From Lama glama (lineage: Eukaryota): DNA of 64,000 nucleotides. Under the pieces are notes generated by a model that saw nothing but the letters and a program-made list of their open reading frames with translations, did no database searches and was not told where the DNA came from. Position numbers and translations under genes: made by a program. Shown here in pieces: positions 1 to 13,429 of the stretch; position 1 is the stretch's first letter, and every line of letters starts with the position of its first letter. The stretch is from contig CM052817.1 of NCBI GenBank assembly GCA_028534125.1, positions 73,224,001-73,288,000 on the forward strand. The letters are read 5' to 3'.

Positions 1-952
1 GAGAGTACTGATTGTCAGTAGTTAAAAATAAAAAGAAAGGGAATAAATACCATGTCCCAACAACTTATCCATTCCCCTAGCTATCTAGCTAGCTAGCTAT
101 TGTGGTTGGGGCCTAGTAAGTGTTACTGCAGATTGTCTTCATCATGGAATAATTTGTTAAGGATCTTTGGAGTGTTGATTTTATTTTTCTATTTACTTGT
201 ACTTTTATGCCACAAATTATTTAACATTTAAAAGAGTCATTTTAGAGCTTGAATCCAGTATGTATATTATACTAATTTTATTCTTGACATAACCTATATC
301 TCATTTTTAATTTCTCAAGCACCATGTCCCCTTTTTAAAAATTGGAAGTGATGTTGTGTTGAATTCATTAAAATGATAGAAAAGTCTAGTTTTTAATTTG
401 GAATGTTATAATCTAACTTGCAGTGTTTTCTTTTTGTTTCACCATAAGGAAGTCCTAGGTAAAAAATAAATATCCGTTATGTTCTTTATCTACTTTGAAA
501 TGAATTCAGCCTTAATAGAAATAGAAATAAGACCAATTTATTGCAGATTTACCTGAAATGGAGGCTATATTTTATCTAAGTCAGTTTTGTATACTAGAAC
601 ATGGGCCTTAAAGTCAGTATACCACTTATTGGCTAGGTGCTTTCTTGGGAAAAAATGTTAATATTTCTGTGTCTCTATGTGAGGTAATTAACTACTTCTT
701 AGTGTTGTTGTGAAGATTATGTCGAGTAATAAGTAAGATGCTTAGCATAATGCCAGCACATAGTACGTTTTCAACAAATATTAGTTCTCTTCTCTTCTTC
801 CTTCCTCCAAATAGGAGTATATATCCATTTGTGTCTGCAAAAAATGTTCTCTGTGTTGTTTATAAAGTGAAGGCTAAGTCATGAATAGGTTTACTTACCT
901 ATTTTAAAAGCCCCTCATTAAAAAAAAATTTTATTTGTTGCCTTTTTACTAG

Positions 953-1215
953 GTCTTCATCAACTACAGAGAGCAACAAGAGAGTCAGTAAGAGAAAATT
1001 TATCCCACCAGCCTTCTCAAATATCAACACAAAATCTGAACTACTCAGTCTAGGAGCAACATTGCAGTTAGCTAGTGAGTTAATTCAGGCACACAAGTTA
1101 AACAAAGATCAAGCTACAGCTCTGATTCAGATAGCTCAGATGATGGCATCTCACGAAAGTATGGAAGAAGTGACAGAACTGGGAGTTCACACCCTCCCGA
1201 TCACGATCATACATG
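953..1215 (+). CDS. ZGRF1: ZGRF1 3' half, exon ~19 (SSSTTESNKRVSKRKFIPPAF...LNKDQATAL...ITIIHG), start of helicase domain
   Basis: AG at 951-952 and GTAAG at 1216; open frame; Q-motif-like LNKDQ; splices in phase to the Walker A exon. Confidence 0.93.
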
Positions 1216-1916
1216 GTAAGAAGCAAAAAGGAAAATTGTAGTAAACACATTGTTATATAAGCTATTGTAACCCAGTCTGCTCCTTTGTAATTTCCTAGTC
1301 AAACAAGATTCCAGAGTAACTAGATTTTTTTGAATCTGAACCCACTTTAGTAAACTATTAGATGAGAGCACAACTGAGCACCCTAAAAGGGAGAACAGGC
1401 ATCATATCTGATGAATGAGTAGCATTTTACTCTCATTTTCAAAGCATCCAGATTTGATCTAAACATCTGTGTGCTCTCTATTAATTAATTCCTAGTCAGC
1501 TCACTCCTCCATCCTTCATATACTAGCTGTTCCAGATCTTCATTGTTCTCATAACCCCATCCCTGTCCTACCCCACTCTCTCTCTCTGAGATTGATCTCG
1601 CCTCTAAAACAGGAAATGGAGTTCATAACAGAAACTTTTTTCCATGTCCTGCCTTCCTTCTCCAACTTACCTAAGTGTGGACCTATTTTTACTCTTTTGG
1701 TTCTGTCCCAATGAGGGAGCTTTACTTTCTCCTCTGCAGAGCTAATTCTTCTGTTTATTTTTAGGATTCTGTTACCTCTTTAGCTCATTTCCACTCACAG
1801 ACCTCTTCCCCAAAGCTGTTTTGAGGATTTGCATCACATCCAGCCTGTTGACCAAGCTAGACACTTGGGCATCATCCTAGATTATTCTTTGTCCCAAGAG
1901 TAAGTGACTTTCTCTT

Positions 1917-2014
1917 TTTTAAAAAAAAAAATTTAATAGAGGTACTGGGGATTGAACCCAGGACCTTGTGCATGCTAAGCATGTGCTCTACTGCTGAGCT
2001 ATACCCTCCCCACT
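1917..2014 (-). mobile_element. Camelid tRNA-derived SINE (Vic-type) with 16-bp TSD
   Basis: Reverse complement reads GGGTATAGCTCAGCAGTAGAGCACATGCTTAGCATGCACAAGGTCCTGGGTTCAATCCCCAGTACCTC (A and B boxes); TSD TAAGTGACTTTCTCTT at 1901-1916 and 2015-2030. Confidence 0.9.
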
Positions 2015-2159
2015 TAAGTGACTTTCTCTTGATCCTCCTCTATCTCTCTATTTATCTTCCCCCATCAGATCAGTCACTGAGATGTCCCTTCTAGTTTCTA
2101 TGTATTTTTCATACAGGTTCATTTGTACCCCCTCAATTCAAGCCTTTATCATACCTCCC

Positions 2160-2410
2160 TATAGCCTCGCTGGTGAGAGTGTGGGTGCTAGAGCTAGAAT
2201 CCTGGATTTATACCTTGGTTCTGTCCTTCATTAGCCCTAAGATCTTAGGCAGGTTACTTATCTCTTAGCTTTAATTTTCTACTCTGAAAAACGGGGTTTG
2301 ATAATAGCACCTGTCTCTCATAGTTGTGGCAGATTAAATGCATTAACATAGGTAAAGGGTTAGAATGGTGCCTGGCACATGAGAGGCGCTTAGTAAAGTT
2401 AATATGTATT
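2160..2410 (+). mobile_element. MIR-like SINE relic
   Basis: MIR core (GGCAGGTTACTTA...CTCTGAAAAACGGGG...AGATTAAATG...GTGCCTGGCACAT), recognised by eye. Confidence 0.7.
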
Positions 2411-3100
2411 ATTGGTACAATTAGCTCACACAGCTTTCTAATTGATACTCCTTTAGTTTTACCTTTCTTCTTATTTTCACTCTAGAATTCTAAAACACAA
2501 TCTGATTAAGTCAGTTTCATTGCTTAAAATCCTTCATTGACTTCCCCTGGCCTTTAAGATAGAATTCAAACTTGCAGCCATAGCCAGCAGAACTCTTGTG
2601 ATTTATCCCTTTGCCTCGTCAGACAGCCTCGTCTCTTGCCTATTTGCTGTGTAGGCTGTCTAGAAATACTCATCAGCTGCGTGCTTTGTCAGGCCTCTGC
2701 CTAGAATGACCCTTTCTTAAAGAGTCAGGAAGTCTTATTCTGAAAGACTTAGTTCTGCTACTTTTTTATTTTTAGGAGGCATTCTCATCTCCACCAAAGC
2801 AGAGGGAAATATTCTTTCTCTGATACCATAACAGTGTTACTGTATTATTTTATCATTGTTCTTTACTTGATATCTTCCTAAGTAGACTGTGGTCTCATTA
2901 AATGTAAAGTCTTTTGAATATTTATCTTCGTATTTATTATTCCTTGTGCTAATTAAGCCATATAGTGGGCATTCCGTTAATTTGTTTTAATAAATTAATT
3001 AAATGAAGGAGAGAGGGAGATAGGTGGGTGAAATATTTCTTGTGCTTTTCAGAAATTTATGACATTGCCTTTATTTTTCCCCTTCCCTCAATATAATTAG

Positions 3101-3260
3101 GTGTTTTTGGAGCAGGAAAGAGTTATTTGCTGGCAGTGGTGGTTTTGTTTTTTGTGCAGCTATTTGAAAAGAGTGAAGCTCTCACAGTTGAAAATAAAAG
3201 ACCATGGAAACTTCTAATTTCTTCTTCAACTAATGTAGCCGTCGACAGAGTACTTCTTGG
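3101..3260 (+). CDS. ZGRF1: ZGRF1 exon ~20, Walker A (G)VFGAGKS and motif Ia SSSTNVAVD
   Basis: AG|GTG...TGG|GTAGGT boundaries; SF1 helicase motifs I and Ia. Confidence 0.95.
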
Positions 3261-5205
3261 GTAGGTATGGCAGGTGTATTTATGTAGCTAAATGTTTTAG
3301 GCTATTGGTATAAAAACAGTGGATCCCCACACTCAGTGTTCCTTCCCTACAGCTCATTCCACTGCAGGGCAGGCATCCAGCTGGACTCTGTGTCTCCTTA
3401 CAAGACTTGGGGACCAAGGGAAACACTGCTGTTATGTTGATGCTTCTTATGCTGCTTCCTGGGCCCTGAGTAAAAGCCCTTTGTCTCTGACCCAGGAACC
3501 TTGGGTGGTTACCTTGGAAGCAGGCTAAGATTGCAGAGCCAAGTTACAGGTTATTCTCTTGTCTACCTGCCTGTATGAACAAATAATACTAAAATAGCTG
3601 AAGAAAAATTTAATTGTTTTTGATTTCAATAAGAGAGATCTACTTTTAATTTTAACTTGGCCCCATCCTTGTGCTGAAATTGTGAGGTTTTATATTTGAC
3701 TTTATCCTACTTACAAACTAATCAGTTAGCCTGTTACTTTTTCATGAAAAGCAATAGCACAATCTGTTCTGCAGGTGTAAAATTTTTGTGATTATGTAAG
3801 ATTTGATTACAAATACTATATAATGTTTTACCGGTATTCCAGTATTTACTGATCTGAATTTCAACATAAACAACAAAGTTTGATTAGGAGAAATAATCTA
3901 TTATTTATAAGTGTAGGCTTTTTAAAATTAACTTTTATAATTATATAGGTTAATGCTTACAGTGGAAAATATGCAGACAATACAGATACTATTTTATTAT
4001 ATTATTTAAGACTTTTTATACATATACACACTCATTTTGTTTTCCAAACTTGGTACTCAACAGTATATATTGTTTGTATCTTGCTCTTTCTATTCAAAGA
4101 TTATTTCTCTATCATACTAAATCTTCTTAGAAAGCAAACTTTTTCATAGCTCTGTTATGTGCAGTGATTTTGCCTCTGCTATATTTTAAGCGATTTTTGA
4201 TCAGTAAGTTCTTTCCAAATTTTTCTCATTATAAATAATACTGTGACGAAGATCCTTAAACATAAATCTTTGTCTTTGTTTCTGATTCTTTTCTGAGGAA
4301 AAAGTCCTAGGCCTACAATGAAAGATACGAACATTTTTAAATTTCTTAATGTACTTTGCAAGATAGCCCTCCGGAAAGGTTCTACTTGAGTGTACTCTTC
4401 TAAGTAATCTAAAATAGTGGCTGAGGACATTTTTTGATTCAAGACAATGAAGAGTTAACCTGGGGACTAAACAGGAGAGAACTGTAGATTGCTTGGCCTG
4501 AGATTAATTTTTTTTTAATTGAAGTTTAGTCAATTTACAATGTATTAATTTCTGGTGTACAGCATAGTGATTCATTTATATTTATAGCTAGAGCTGTAAG
4601 ATACATAAGAGGGAAGGGCAGGGTGAGGGCTGCTTCTTTACAAAGCCTTACTTGGGGGTAATGTATGTAGAAGAATCATCACAGATAGCCTTTGGGGGTA
4701 GACAGACTTGCCTAGCTTAGAATCAATGGCTGACTCCACTTGTTAGCTGTGTGGCCTCAGCAAAATACCTGATTTCTGAGTTTCAGTGTTCTCATCTCTA
4801 AGATGAAAAACTATGTAGAGCTGTAATGAGTATTAAGATAATGTATGTAAAGAGGCTAACACTCTTATACCAAACTTGATGCTAAATATATGATAGTTCT
4901 TTCACATTATGTCTTTAGGGGTAATTTTATTTGTGATAAATACTAACATCTATATTTTATGGACATTTAATGAGCCCTCAACATAAGATAATACGTATTT
5001 AAAAACTGTCTATGAAATGCATTTTATAAGTCTTTCAGCTACATTGCATTTACTTTTGAGTTTAGGCATTTGACATTGAACTATGTAACAATAAAATATA
5101 CCGTTGCACAAAATTGATTCTAGTAATGTAAATATTGTATGAAACTTTGTTTTATACTCTACTTTCTAAATAATCAGAATCTATTTTACCTTGTTTTCTT
5201 TAAAG

Positions 5206-5283
5206 GCTTCTTAGTCTTGGATTTGAAAAGTTTGTCAGAGTTGGGAGTATCAGGAAGATTGCCAAGCCGGTTTTACCTTACAG
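5206..5283 (+). CDS. ZGRF1: ZGRF1 exon ~21 (LLSLGFEKFVRVGSIRKIAKPVLPY)
   Basis: AG at 5204-5205, GTGAG at 5284; phase consistent with neighbouring exons. Confidence 0.93.
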
Positions 5284-5477
5284 GTGAGAATCCGGAATTC
5301 TAAAAGTCACAGAATGTTCACAGAAGTATGATGATGTTATACAACTCTTACCTTAAATTTGGGTTTTGAAGAGAAGTCAAGAAGGCCTTATCTTTTTCTT
5401 GACTAATTTAGAAAATATGTATTTACTTGCTATTAAATGGATAAAGGGGTATTCTTTTATGTAATTCTTTTTTTTAG

Positions 5478-5625
5478 CTTGCATGCTGGCTCAGAAAATG
5501 AAAGTGAACAATTAAAAGAACTGCATGCACTAATGAAGGAAGACCTGACTCCTATGGAAAGAGTCTATGTGAGAAAAAGTATTGAGCAGCATAAACTGGG
5601 GACCAATAAAACCCTGTTGAAGCAG
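5478..5625 (+). CDS. ZGRF1: ZGRF1 exon ~22 (LHAGSENESEQLKEL...KTLLKQ)
   Basis: Polypyrimidine-AG acceptor, CAG|GTGAGG donor; lies within ORF 5437..5703. Confidence 0.95.
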
Positions 5626-6369
5626 GTGAGGGGAAATAGCTTTTTAAACCTATTTTATTTAATTTATATATACTGTTACAGATTCCTTTTTCATTCCTAT
5701 TGATAGGAATATTATTCCTATTTGTTTCCTTGACATAAACAGATGACTGTGATAACTTAGATTCAACTAAGGTGTGCAGATGTCTGTCTACTGCACGTTT
5801 TGTTTTGTTGCAAAGCATTCTTTGACTGTGTGAACACATCCAACTCACCATGACAGAGTCATCTTTTCTCTTTCTCCCTTTATGTATATCATTTGTAGGC
5901 TTAAGAGGAAAGTAAAAAGGTGAAAATAGATTCCCGGCAAGTTAAATGTAACTTGGCTTTTTTCTAGGAAAAATAGAGGAAGAAAAACTCTGACACTGGG
6001 CCAAATATCCAAATGAAATTTATCTTTGATGCTCTCCTACAAAATCAAGACTTTAAGGGTCTGTCTGAAATCTATCCCAAGAATCTAGGAGGCTCAGACA
6101 CTTGTTTCCAGGTATCAGGAGCCAACACTGGAAATAGGGATCCCAGTCTACAGCAAGTAGCATCATCTCCTTTATGAAGTTCTGATCTAGGCCAACCTGG
6201 GCATCAGCTGGTAGGAGAGAAAGAAGTCACTTAGTAGCTTCTTCCCATGAAAGGAGAGCATGAGGAAAAGAAAAGGAGTGGAGGAAAAGAGGGTTGTTGG
6301 CCAGTTGGACCATGTGGACATTGGTCACTTTCAGAAAGAGATTTGGGACAATCCACCTGCTTGGGACCC

Positions 6370-6775
6370 TGTTTTGGTCAGCTGAAATAATGCTACTGAA
6401 CAAACAAAATCTCAGTACTTAAGACAACAAACTTAATGGTTCTACAGGGTAAATTGGTTTGGCTCACTTGAGAGTATGGGTCAAGCTGCTCATTCTGAGA
6501 ACAGTTGTGGCATGATGGCCTTCTGACAGACAGCAGAAGAGCAAGAGGGCAGGCTAGGTCACACAAATACCTGTAAAGCTTCTGTTCATATCATGTCTGC
6601 TAACATTCCATTTGCTATAATTTATTAAGTCATATGACCAAGCCCAGCATCAGTGGGGCAGCGAAATATACTGCACCTACAGTGGGAAGCACTGCAAAGT
6701 CACACAGCAAAGGGTGTGGATGTGTAGTACTCTCGTGGAGAGGGAGGGAGAAATTGGTAATAATAACCAACCTAT
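6370..6775 (-). mobile_element. Old MaLR (MLT1-type) LTR relic
   Basis: AGTCATATGACCAAGCCCAGCATCAGTGGGGCAG...GCAAAGTCACACAGCAAAGGGTGTGGAT resembles MLT1 LTRs; subfamily not determined. Confidence 0.55.
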
Positions 6776-8484
6776 GACAAGTTCTAGAAGTCCTCAGACT
6801 AGCGTTTTATTATCTGATTTACAGAGTTAACTTTCCTCCCTTCTCCCCAAACAAATCCAAAAGGGCTTAGTTTGACTATGTTCAGTTAATGCAAATTAGT
6901 CATTTATGTAAACTGCTTACATCCTTACCCAACATAATATTGATATGTAAGAATTGTTATGGTTTCTTTGATAATTTTCTAAGTGAAAGCCCAGTTACTA
7001 TAATCTATTGCTCATTGGTATCACCTATTCATAAATGGAAACTCTTTTAGAAGAAACATTTTTTAAAACATTTTCTGTAGCAAATTTCCACAGTCCAATT
7101 AGGCATTCAGACCTGACACATTCCTAAAGTGATACGTCTATACAATAAAACTAATTTATAAAAATGCTACATAGTTCATTACTCCTTCTTAGATCAATAA
7201 TAAAAATCTCTTTTGCTGTTAGACTCTTAGCAATATGATAAATTAAAAGATACAAATAATATATTTTAAAGAAAAATTTATTTCTTTAGGTTTTTGTATT
7301 AGATATTTCTTTAAATAAATTACTTATTGAACACAGCTTTGAGGTTCTCATTCTAAAGTGGTTTTTGTCAGCTATAGTTATCAGAAATTAGATACAAAGG
7401 ATATAAGGGTGGTATCAAGAGCAGTGTATATTGCTACAGGGGTGTCTTCTGTTAGATCATTTTAAAAGAACTGAATATTTAAAAACTGTGGGGTTTCTAA
7501 TATAAATGTAGCTTTAGGATTTTTGTTTTTGTTTTTAGCAAAAGAAGGAAAACCTGACAGAGGGCTATTTTATGTGATGAGTGTTCTTTATTACTACAGT
7601 ATTTTCTTCACATGATCTATAGAGGTCGTATTTAATTATTAAAGCCTAGTTTGTCAGTCACGTTTATTGACAAAAGATACAGTCACTTTGTGTGACCTGG
7701 CCTTGCTACCAAGAAAGTGTAACTATATTTCAGATTGTTAGAGGAGGAAAAAATATGTGTGTGTGTATACACATACTGTATACATATACACACACAGTTA
7801 TGTGTGTGTGTATTTGTGTAGCTGCTGGATACTAGGCCAATGACCACATCCAACTGGAAAAGTCACTGATTTTCCTCTTGTTTATATTTAGTCCCAGAGA
7901 TTAAGTATTAGCTTTCTCAGGCTTTTTGCCTTGAGAATGGTATTCTACTGTAATATTAAAGACTTATAAGATTCAAATAAACTTACAGGCTACAATTACA
8001 CTTTAATTTACTATTGTTATTAATTAATTAGCCATCTTTACCTTAAGTAAGTCAAAATACCGATGTGCTTGAAGGTTAAGAAAATGCACGTGGTTCACTA
8101 GCATGTTCGGTGTTCTTTGTGGAGAACTTTGGCCTGTGTTGATAATAATGCATGTTATTACTCAGCCTCATCTAGAAGGATAAAATTGGTCTGTTATTCT
8201 TGATATTTTTAAACCCATGACATTATAATACCTTTCTTCTGAGTATCAAATGTGCCTTTTATTTATCCTTATTAATGGACTTGTGGCCTAAGTAGTCTGA
8301 ATCCTGTGATTTCTGTTTATGTGAGAATAATGAAAAGGTGGTGATAAAATGGTCTGGGATTTCAGATTGCCAGTAATTAAATTAGGACTAGCTGATTTCT
8401 GATTTTAGCCTACAAGTTCTTTGGTAAAAATAGTCTCTTATTTTTTTAGTAGTTATAATGAATAATATTATTATTGTAAAAAAG

Positions 8485-8612
8485 GTTCGAGTGGTTGGAG
8501 TTACCTGTGCAGCCTGCCCGTTTCCATGCATGAATGATCTTAAATTTCCTGTGGTTGTACTGGATGAGTGCAGTCAAATAACTGAGCCAGCGTCTCTCCT
8601 TCCCATTGCAAG
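8485..8612 (+). CDS. ZGRF1: ZGRF1 exon ~23, Walker B (VVVLDECSQ)
   Basis: Translates VRVVGVTCAACPFPCMNDLKFPVVVLDECSQITEPASLLPIA; AG|GTAACC donor; A-rich acceptor. Confidence 0.93.
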
Positions 8613-9222
8613 GTAACCTGAAAGGTTCTTTTCCCAAAGCACTCAGATGTTAACAATTTTTCAAACATTTCCTCAGTTCAAACTCTTAGCAAACTTAAGT
8701 AAAAATTCCTAGCAATGCAAGTACTAAACTGATTTTTTAAAAGAATGCAGAGGGAAATTTTGGGGGGGGTTAATGTATCAAAATTTTGTTAGATCACAGT
8801 TTAGATATTTGGATCACGTAATCCTTAAAGCTTTGATAGCACTATTGCTAGAATTCTACTAGAACCTTGCAGGTTTTTCAGCCAGGCTGAAGGTGTTTAT
8901 TTAGTCGTAGTTTACAAACCTAAATGCTGAAGAATGTTCTTCATCATTTGCCTTACCTTGGTATAATTCCAGAGTTCAGGTTCTAAAAATATTTTTTAGA
9001 TTATGAAAGGATATAAAATATATGAAAAAAAAGTTGAAAATGAAAATTTGTCTACTAAAATTTAGAAGACTATGACATCTTCTAAGCTGTCTCAGCCAAT
9101 TGAAATGTTGTGCTTTTAAAGCATCTCTTACTGAGGAATCCTAAAGATAGTGGAAGAAATACTAGACTCAGACTCAGTAGGTTGAGTTCTAGTTCTTGTT
9201 TTGTCCCCAGGTAATGAGAGAG

Positions 9223-9335
9223 TAGGGTATCAACTGTCATGATGTGTCCAAAATTTGGGAGATTCCTGCACTGTGGGGCTTTCAGTATTTAAACTGGGAC
9301 AGTCCTAGGCAAACTAGGATGAGTCGGTCACCCTA
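9223..9335. mobile_element. MER94-like hAT MITE
   Basis: Terminal TAGGGT...ACCCTA inverted ends; AAACTGGGACAGTCCTAGGCAAACTAGGATGAGTCGGTCACCCTA. Confidence 0.65.
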
Positions 9336-9990
9336 CTCAGGAGCCAGGAATGGAGGAACAGTAAGGCCCCGCAGGGGGGAGGAGGAGTAATACTTGCAGA
9401 GCACCTACTGTATACTGAACACATTACATACTTGGTTAAATCCTTACAACATCCATGCAAGGTATTATTACATCAAGTTTACTGATAAGACCAAAGCTTG
9501 TAGAAATTAAATAACTTGCTCTGTCCATAGAATATAATAGAGCTAAAAATTTGAAATAGGTTTTCCTATAAAATCTTTTCCCCACTGTATCCTACTCCTA
9601 TTTAGAAAGACATTTAACCCGAGAGCCTGATTTACTTCATCTCTAAAGTGAGACTTTAATCTAAATGACTTCTGAAAAAGCTTCTAAGTTTATAATTTCT
9701 AAAAATCTTAATTTCTCAAAGTGTGTTCTTTGAAATACTAATCTCTTGCAGAAGCCAGGGACACTTACTAGGTTTTATGTGGGAAAAAATTAAGTTATGC
9801 AAAGGATTCTTCAATGAATAACTTTTCAAAGCCCTTTAATATACTTGTTGGCGATATTAAGCCTTGCTAGTTCTCAGAACGCTTAATGGTATTCAAATTC
9901 TTTGAAATACATTTTAGAAAAGAAGGCAGTAAATGATGTCAGTGCATGCTTTCTCATTGCTTCGATTAATTTGTAGAATTCTGTTTTTAG

Positions 9991-10114
9991 GTTTGAGTGT
10001 GAAAAGCTGATTCTTGTTGGAGATCCCAAACAGCTTCCTCCTACTATTCAGGGTTCTGATGCAGCTCATGAAAATGGATTGGAACAAACGCTTTTTGATC
10101 GACTTTGCTTGATG
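9991..10114 (+). CDS. ZGRF1: ZGRF1 exon ~24, motif III (LVGDPKQLPP)
   Basis: TTTTTAG|G acceptor, ATG|GTACT donor; Upf1/Dna2-like motif III. Confidence 0.95.
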
Positions 10115-10303
10115 GTACTACTGCTGAATTCATACAGAATGATTATTTATTGATTATACACTGTGGAGTTTGATAGAAAATGAAAATATTATAAGACCAA
10201 GTCCTTGCCCTAAAATTTGTTTTAATTGGAGGTGTTTAGAAAGTGCTCATCCTAAAGATAAGTAGAACCCTGTAATTTAAGAATAAAATGAATCTTTTAC
10301 CTG

Positions 10304-10448
10304 TGAGTATATTGATTTTGCTCTAAAATTTTAAGAAATCTGTAATGTCTCTGTTACATTGAAGTATATTGATTTTGCTCAATATACTTTGTTGAGTATA
10401 TTGATTTTGCTCTAAAATTTTAAGAAATCTGTAATGTCTCTGTTACAT
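10304..10448. repeat. 56-bp direct duplication with an intervening partial copy and 11-bp hairpin
   Basis: Copies at 10304-10359 and 10393-10448; stem AAGTATATTGA / TCAATATACTT at 10362-10389. Confidence 0.9.
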
Positions 10449-10489
10449 GAAGTAGAGCTTCATGTTTTTTTAAATTTTTAAATTATTAA

Positions 10490-12110
10490 TATATTTTAAA
10501 GTTGAGGTGTCATTCACATAACATAAATTAACCATTTAAAATGAATAATTCAGTGGCATTTTCGTACACCCATGATGCTGTGCAGTAACTACCTCTGTCT
10601 ACTTCCAAAGCATTTTTATCACCCCAAAATAAAACTGCACCCATTTAGCAGTTTCTCTCCATTCCCTCCTCCCTCCAGCCCCTGGGAGCCACCTGTCTGC
10701 TTTCAGTCTGTATGGATTTATCTATTCTGGATATTTCATATCATACAGTCTTACAATTTTCATATCATACAATATGTGACCTTTTGTGTCTGGCTTCTTT
10801 CACTTAGCTCATTTTTGAGGTTCACCCACATTAGCAGCACATCAGTACTTTTTACTTTTTTTTTTTTTAAGTACATTCTTGGTGTAGTGCAACCATCACC
10901 CTGTCCTTTTCCAGAACTTTTTCATCATCCCAACAGAAACTTTGTACCTATTAAACAGTAATTTCTCATCCTCCTCTCTCCTTGAGCCCCTGGTAGCGTA
11001 TGTTCTCCTTTCTGTCTCTATGTTTGCCTATTATAGGTGCTGCATGTAAGTAGAATCATACCGTAGTTTTCCTTCTGTGTCTGGCTTATTTACCTAGCAT
11101 GGTGTTTTCAAGGTTTGTACATGTTGTAGTAAAGTGTCAGAATTTTATTCCTTGTTAAGGCTAAATAATATTCCATTGTATATGTATACCACAATTTATC
11201 TACTCATCTGTTGATGGACATTTGGGTTGTTTCCACCTCTCAGCTATTGTGAATGATGCTGCTGGGAAAATTGGTATTAATTATATGTTCAGATCTCTGC
11301 TTTCAGGGTGGTTTTTTTTGTTTTTTTGATTATACATCCAGAAATACAGCTGCTGGGTCTGATGGTAATTCTGTGTTTAATGAGGAACTGCCAGACTTTT
11401 CCATAGAAGCTGCACCATTTTACATTCCCAACAGCAATGTACAAGGGTTCTGATTTCTCCACATCTTCATCTACACTTGTTATTTTTCACTTTTTTTGAT
11501 AATAGCTATCTTAATGATTGGGTGTGAAGTGGTATCTTATTGGAGTTTCCCTAATGACTAACGATGTTGAGCATCTTTTCGTGCACTTATCTTTGAAAAA
11601 AATGCCTATTCAAGTCTTTTGCCTATTTTTTAATTGAGTTGTTTCTGTTGTTGAGTTGTAGGAGTTCGCTATATATTCTGGATATTAATCTCTTATCAAA
11701 AATATGATTTGCAAATATTTTCTTCCATTTGATGGGTTCTTTTCATTTTCTTGATAATGTCCTTTGAGGTTCATAATTTTGATGAATCCAGTTAATCTAG
11801 TTTTTCTTGTGTTGCTTGTGCTTTTGGTGACATATCTGTGAAATTGTAGTCTTTGATCCATTTGCAGTTAATTTTTGTGTCTGATAAGGTGCATGTATCA
11901 AATTAGAGTTTTCATTTTTTTCAGATATATACCCAAGATTGGGATTGCTGGATCATATGGTAGCTCTATTTTTAGTTTTTTGAGGGGCTCCATACTGTTC
12001 TCCATAGTGACTGTACCAATTTACATCCCACCAGCCATGTAGGAGGCTTGCTTTTCGCCACACTCTCTCCAGCATTTATTATTTGTAGACTTTTTGATGA
12101 TGGTTATATC
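10490..12110 (-). mobile_element. Composite of old L1 (L1M-type) 3' fragments
   Basis: Typical reverse L1 3' sequence (CATCTGTTGATGGACATTTGGGTTGTTTCCAC; GGGATTGCTGGATCATATGGTAGCTCTATTTTTAG). Confidence 0.85.
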
Positions 12111-12983
12111 GTGCCTCTTTTTAAAAAACTTTGCATTATAATAAATCATTCCCCCATGTTACTGCTAGCTGTATAATCATCACTATTGACATAAATATGT
12201 TAATCACTAAATATTATGTTGTGTGGATATACCATAATTTAGTCATTTTTCTAGCATTGAACATTTAGTTGTTTCCAATCATAAAGAATGACCCTTTGAG
12301 CATTTTTATACCTAATGCTTTTTATCAGAGGTTTCACATGCCCACTGACTTAGACTTACCCACAAATTTTATGCCCTAAGAGTATTGGGGATTGATTTTT
12401 TTTTATATGTTTTTCCCCTACAGAAGATAACTTTGTCCATGTGATCATTAATCCTGCATTTTATTATGTATTGTTAATAGAGTATCTTGTAACAATTCAA
12501 GATGTTTAAACAATATTATAGAACATTTTGCAAATAAAAGCATGCTCCAGGAGAGCCCTACAGTAGATGGGAGAAGTTTCAGAATGAAAAATGGCTTGTA
12601 CCTAAGGAGGAAAGTTAATAAATGAGTCATCAACAACAGTTTTTAATTTTTTTTAAGATTTTTTTTCAATTTAGTGTTAGGCCAACTCCTTATAGGTTAT
12701 GAAAGCATAGTGTTGATGCCAAACTAATTATTAGACACTAAGTCTAAGATCTGATGTTTTATATTTTATAATTTTCTGATATAATAAGTTTACCATGAAA
12801 ATATTTTTAGTAATTAAAAAAAATTATTTCTATTTATAGTCTGTTTTATCATGGTTGTAATTCATTTACTAAGTGTACAATATGGCAGTATTTTTGAACT
12901 TTAAAATATTGTTGTGGATTTTGTTCCCCTAGGAGAAAAAATGCTGTTTTAATTTCTTATTTTTCTGCATTTAAATTCCTTAG

Positions 12984-13160
12984 GGTCACAAGCCAGTTCT
13001 ATTGAGAACCCAGTACCGTTGTCACCCTATAATCAGTGCTGTTGCTAATGATCTGTTTTACGAAGGAAGCCTCGTGAATGGCGTTTCAGAAACAGAGAGG
13101 AGCCCTTTACTGGAATGGCTACCAACCCTGTGCTTCTATAACGTTCAAGGACTGGAGCAG
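12984..13160 (+). CDS. ZGRF1: ZGRF1 exon ~25 (GHKPVLLRTQYRCHP...GLEQ)
   Basis: TAG|GGT acceptor, CAG|GTAATG donor; QYR motif. Confidence 0.95.
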
Positions 13161-13294
13161 GTAATGACATTAATGGTGATGAGAGTCAACACAGTTTAGT
13201 TTCCTGGTTTAATTTTGTTATTATTTGTGTGATTTTCTTGGTCTTTCCATAGCCTTTCTGGGAAATATAATTTAGGATCTGTTTCTTATTCCAG

Positions 13295-13429
13295 ATTGAA
13301 AGAGATAACAGCTTTCATAATGTGGCAGAAGCTGCTTTTACACTCAAGCTGATTCAATCACTGATTGCAAGTGGAATAGCAGGCTCTATGATTGGAGTGA
13401 TAACATTATACAGATCCCAGATGTACAAG
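13295..13429 (+). CDS. ZGRF1: ZGRF1 exon ~26 (IERDNSFHNVAEA...IGVITLYRSQMYK)
   Basis: CCAG|ATT acceptor, AAG|GTTTGT donor; open frame, 135 nt. Confidence 0.94.
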
